From Callorhinchus milii (lineage: Eukaryota), in NCBI RefSeq assembly GCF_018977255.1, contig NW_024704990.1, positions 1 to 64,000 on the forward strand: a stretch of DNA of 64,000 nt. The letters are read 5' to 3'. Positions within the stretch are counted from its first letter, which is position 1, and each line of letters starts with the position of its first letter. The translations under genes and the position numbers were made by a program. Positions 59,871 to 64,000 of this stretch are shown here, piece by piece. Below the pieces are notes generated by a model. The model had not been told where the DNA came from. It saw only the letters and a program-made list of their open reading frames with translations, and searched no databases.

Positions 59871-60978
59871 AACAGCGGTCTTGATAAACCCTGTTACACT
59901 TAATCCGAAATCGCTTAATTGATTTAAACAATTGTTGGTTCCTCTATTGTTTTACACAATATTAACGATTTTGAAATAGACATGGTGCAATTTGTAATAA
60001 ATATTGATTATGATGGCACAACAGGATCGAGGGACACAGTCGGGAATAACATGACGGAATTGCATAAATTAACAGACAGTTGAGCGGAGTTGGCAGAAAG
60101 TTGGAAATCAAGTTCAATATTGAGTCAACAGTGAATAATTCGGTTATAAGTGGATTGGCGAAACTTGGTTTATAAAACGATGGGTGCGCCTATCAAAAGC
60201 TATAAAAGTTGACTCTCTGTTTTTGGCAAAGGTCAATTACATCGCAAGTTAGCAAGATTGTGGGTGGAGAATTGTGTTCAGTTCTGGAACCTTTGTTTTA
60301 CAAAGGACTAAGGAGCCGCTGAGCGCGTTTAGGATAATTTCACAAAGTTCTAAAGGATGATGGTTGCGATTCGTGTCACTGCGGTGGGGTTTAGCCTCAA
60401 CCACTCTTCTCGAAAAGGAGAAGGTAAAAGCAAAACTGAAGATTAACAACACAAGAGGTCATACTTATTAAGGTTTTGAGTGAATAACGCAGTGATTGGC
60501 GATTGTATCCATCACTTTAACATACAGTGTTTTTTTTATATCACGATCCTTTAGAATATAGGATTCTTCATCTCAATAGCATACTGTAAATACATTTGAA
60601 ACGGTATTTGAATTGTGACGATGTGAAATTGCAATAGATGGAATTGGAGGATTCGAGTAGACCTGTTTTTTTNCTCCCAGCAGAGTCTCAACGGGAGCAA
60701 CTCCTCCCTTCCATAATTCCACAAATTTAATTTGCCCCAATTGTCACCGAAATTCATCTTTGGATTCTAAAATTGTAAGACATTTTTTTGTTTTTCCTTA
60801 ATTTCTCTTAAAATTAAAAGTATGAAAGAATTAGCTGGAGGTTTCATGTAGTTTACTAATGGGAGGAAGCCCGTCATCAACTAGGAAACGTACGTGTACG
60901 AATAATCAAACAGCCAAAAGGTGAAACATCTCAGGTTTCATTCCCAAATGAATATATTTCTCTTTTTCATCTGAATAG

Positions 60979-61109
60979 ATTTTCCAACCGAGATGATGCT
61001 GGAAGGCTTTCAAGAAATTCAATGTGATAATCTCTGGCCCACTGCTTCCACCTTCATCATCCTCTTCTTCCTGAATATATTGTACAGCGCCACCGTGACG
61101 ATAATTAAC
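60979..61109 (+). CDS. IGHM: IgH transmembrane exon TM1
   Basis: aatag|AT TTT...AAC|gtgagg. Encodes FPTEMMLEGFQEIQCDNLWPTASTFIILFFLNILYSATVTIIN, with the CART motif (LW..ASTF..LF....YS..VT). Confidence 0.9.
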
Positions 61110-61266
61110 GTGAGGAGAGTAAATCCATTGACGCAATGATGTGACGTAACAGCTGCTGTTAAATACTTGTTCCATGTGAACCTTAATTCGCGATGCTCAT
61201 TGCAACCTCTCTGCTGGGAAACTCAACCTGTACTAACAGGACAAGATCCTTGTTACCGGGCAGTGT

Positions 61267-61592
61267 GGAGTCCTGTAGCTCAGTGGCTGGAGCACTTGCT
61301 TTGCAAGCAAGACACCTGGGTTCAATTCCAGGCAGGGCGAAACCTTGGGCAACTTTCCTTACTCCACACAGAGCCTAATAATAATCCCTCCAAAAACCCA
61401 AAACAATAATAAATTGGTCATTTTCAATCTACGACTGTTTGTGGGACATTGCTGTGCGCAATTGGCTGCTGCGTTCGCCCACAAATATACAGTCAATTCA
61501 CTTTACAGTATATTCTGTGAAGCGCTTTGGGACGTCCTCCCGACGTGAAAAGCGCTATATCAAATGCAAGGATTATTATTATATTATTATTA
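61267..61592 (+). mobile_element. Full-length tRNA-derived SINE in the TM1-TM2 intron
   Basis: Near-identical to the 19682 copy. Confidence 0.92.
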
Positions 61593-61941
61593 TTAGTGTG
61601 ACGGTGATCAAAATATCTTATCACTCTTGCACACCTTTGCACACCTGAGATTTGCTCACCTGGTAAAGAAACAGGCAAAGGGCAAGGGTTATTTTCAGGT
61701 TTTGTTGATGTTTCAGTACACTGTGGACACGTTAAAGTAGGAAAAGGGCTTTCTGACAGTTTTCCTTCCTAGCAGACAAATACAAATTCACAGAATCAGT
61801 TGGATTCATGTGTGTGTGTTTCTATTTGTTTGTATATGTGTGTTTGTGTGCATATGTATATACAAAAATATACACATGCTTCAATTTTAATTCTTCACCC
61901 AGACGGAAATCATTCATTATATCTTTACTTTTATTTTCCAG

Positions 61942-61950
61942 GTAAAATAA
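61942..61950 (+). CDS. IGHM: IgH TM2 exon (VK*)
   Basis: Long pyrimidine tract TTTACTTTTATTTTCCAG|GTA AAA TAA. AATAAA at 62565-62570 is a candidate poly(A) signal. Confidence 0.78.
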   Translation, partial: VK

Positions 61951-64000
61951 GTTTCTTAACGTCAGCTTTACGGAAGTGTCCCGTCAGTTTGTTTTGAACA
62001 ACAATGTCTTGTGACAGATGATGTGATGTCTATTTTCACACATTGCGTAATCCGCTGAAACTAAACATTGTATTGTGAAACTACTTTTATTTCAGTGACT
62101 TTTCCTGCTGCCAGGTTTTTCTACATTGTTCCTAAAAATATATAATGTTGGTACCGTCACGCATCTCTGATGTTCTATATTTACTGCTTACCATTTGTGT
62201 GGTGTAATGACACAGAAAGACACTGGCTCAAGTATTCTGTCCTTTGATTATTTTCTGAAGCTGATTGTATTTATCTGCTCCTCTTTCATAACGTCTGCAG
62301 ATTCTCTGTATTGCTTGGCTGAATTACAAATTAAAAATCAATACTATTGAGTTGTTTCTTGTCTCTCTTTCTTGTACCTTCTGCGTCATTTCGCCTTCAA
62401 ATACAAAGTTAATTCACTTAACAGTATATTGTGTGACTTGCTTTGAGACGTCGAGAATACATGTGAAGCGATAAACAAACAAAAGATTATTATTATTTTT
62501 TATTATCAATTGTGATTCGCCTCCTGATTTTCAAATTTTTTCGATTCCCAGAAACTCAGCGTTCAATAAAAAGCTGTTATAATGAATGTCCAAAATAAGT
62601 TAGAGTTTGCTGAGAAAACTAAAGAGCAATTACAGATCAGCTTGAGTTGGTTCTTCGCTTCAGTGACCAGTATCTGCTTCCGTTCCCAATTGATCAGCCC
62701 CTCATCCAGATACAGCTTCAGACACAAAACTATATTTATATAGTAACATGCGGCTCTGTGTCATATTATTTATGGCACAATGTGAGAGCGCAATCTGTTT
62801 TATTTATTGACTGAGCTTTATTTCCTGCCTTTGCTGAGCTGGACAATCTGAGCCGGGCAGCACCTCAATCGGAGACACTGAACCCCAAATTCCCTCTGTG
62901 GGCAGTTGAGCTTCCGCGTTGGCCCAGACCCAGCATCAGAGGTTATACCGTGACACACTTGGGGACGTGCTTTTGACGTGAGCGGTGTTAAACAAAACTT
63001 AATGATTGTTATCGTTGTTATTGATAACAACATAAACATCACAGGCTAAAATAGGATAGAATCTTGGGGCTAATGGGCCTAAACTTGATCCAACTAATTT
63101 TAGCCCCTGTAGCCGTGAATAGCTATATAAAATTTCGCCATCTTTTACAGTAGCCACTGGCTATCTCAGGGAGCTACCTCCTTCTGGATAAATTAACAGT
63201 TAGTGTCTCTCCAGCTTCTACAATGATCAATGACTTCCGTACACATGATAACCTCAGCCTGGCCTGCATCTGTTAACACATAATAGGAATATGTTGAACA
63301 ATATTTTCCTTGGGAAGCAGAATGTTACGAATCTTCCAGGCAGATAATTTTTCCAAATGTACTTTATTTTATTATGGTCACAATAATTGCTGTATAGAAT
63401 CAGGAAGACATAGAATTAAATAAAATTTGAGCACAAGGTTGAGAAAATACTTGACATCACCTGAATGTATTTATAAAGGCGACAGTACACCGCTGTTTTA
63501 AACAGGTCTTATTCACACTGCGCAATGGCATTCAGCTTCTCACCCGCTAGATGTATTTTGCTACATTAATGAAGTCTCTATGTTAGACATGTTACACCGT
63601 ACAGTAAGTATTAAGCGACATGAATCTTCACTAAAATTGGTTACTCGTTTGACAGAAATGGGAGATGGGAGAAGGTGTAACTGCACACGTGACATGTCCT
63701 TGCTCTGAAACAGAGACTTTTAGGCACAAACTCATATTAGGACTAGAAACTAATGGAGTTCGTGTTGGTAAAATGTGCTGCAATGCTGTGGTGGAGATGT
63801 GCTCTGTTGTTGGAGGGTTGTTCCCTCTGTCCTCCCCCCGTTGTCAGTAAATCCTTGCAGCCCTTTAAGACGTCCTCTTGGCTTGAAAAGCTCAAAGCCA
63901 CGCCAAACGATCACAAAATACAATAAAATATTACATTTGTTCAGCGCCTTTCACAGCGGTTTGACGTCCCAATAACGAATTATTACTACTTTAATGAAAT

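Noticed and set aside
60906-61175. - strand ORF with an acidic EEEDDE stretch
   Set aside because: It is the antisense shadow of the TM1 exon.

Overview
Repeat-rich eukaryotic genomic DNA from a cartilaginous fish. A holocephalan (chimaera/elephant shark) is the most likely source; this is inferred from the cluster-type IgH locus, the GPR139-like family and the SINE/L2 families. From left to right: (1) the last five coding exons of PRODH2 (+ strand, 1121-13958), with introns filled by minisatellite and microsatellite DNA; (2) a GT satellite, then a 3.6-kb AT-rich fold-back region containing a 60-bp array of CTCF-like motifs; (3) three disrupted two-exon GPR139/142-like GPCR genes among L2 LINE and tRNA-derived SINE copies, a tRNA-Thr(AGT), a circularly permuted 688-bp local duplication and a near-full-length single-ORF L2; (4) a complete unrearranged IgH cluster (L-V-D1-D2-J-C-C-C-sec-TM1-TM2, 51982-61950). 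The IgH cluster is the most notable feature. It looks like an IgM-derived heavy-chain-only antibody gene. Its V has camelid-VHH-like hydrophilic FR2 residues (WKRQFPGKQREN) and no CH1 exon is visible. The first C exon is Cmu2-like, and the Cmu3 exon alone carries two stop codons, so in-frame skipping could give a V-Cmu2-Cmu4 mini-antibody. All alignments were done by eye and family comparisons are from memory; no searches were run.
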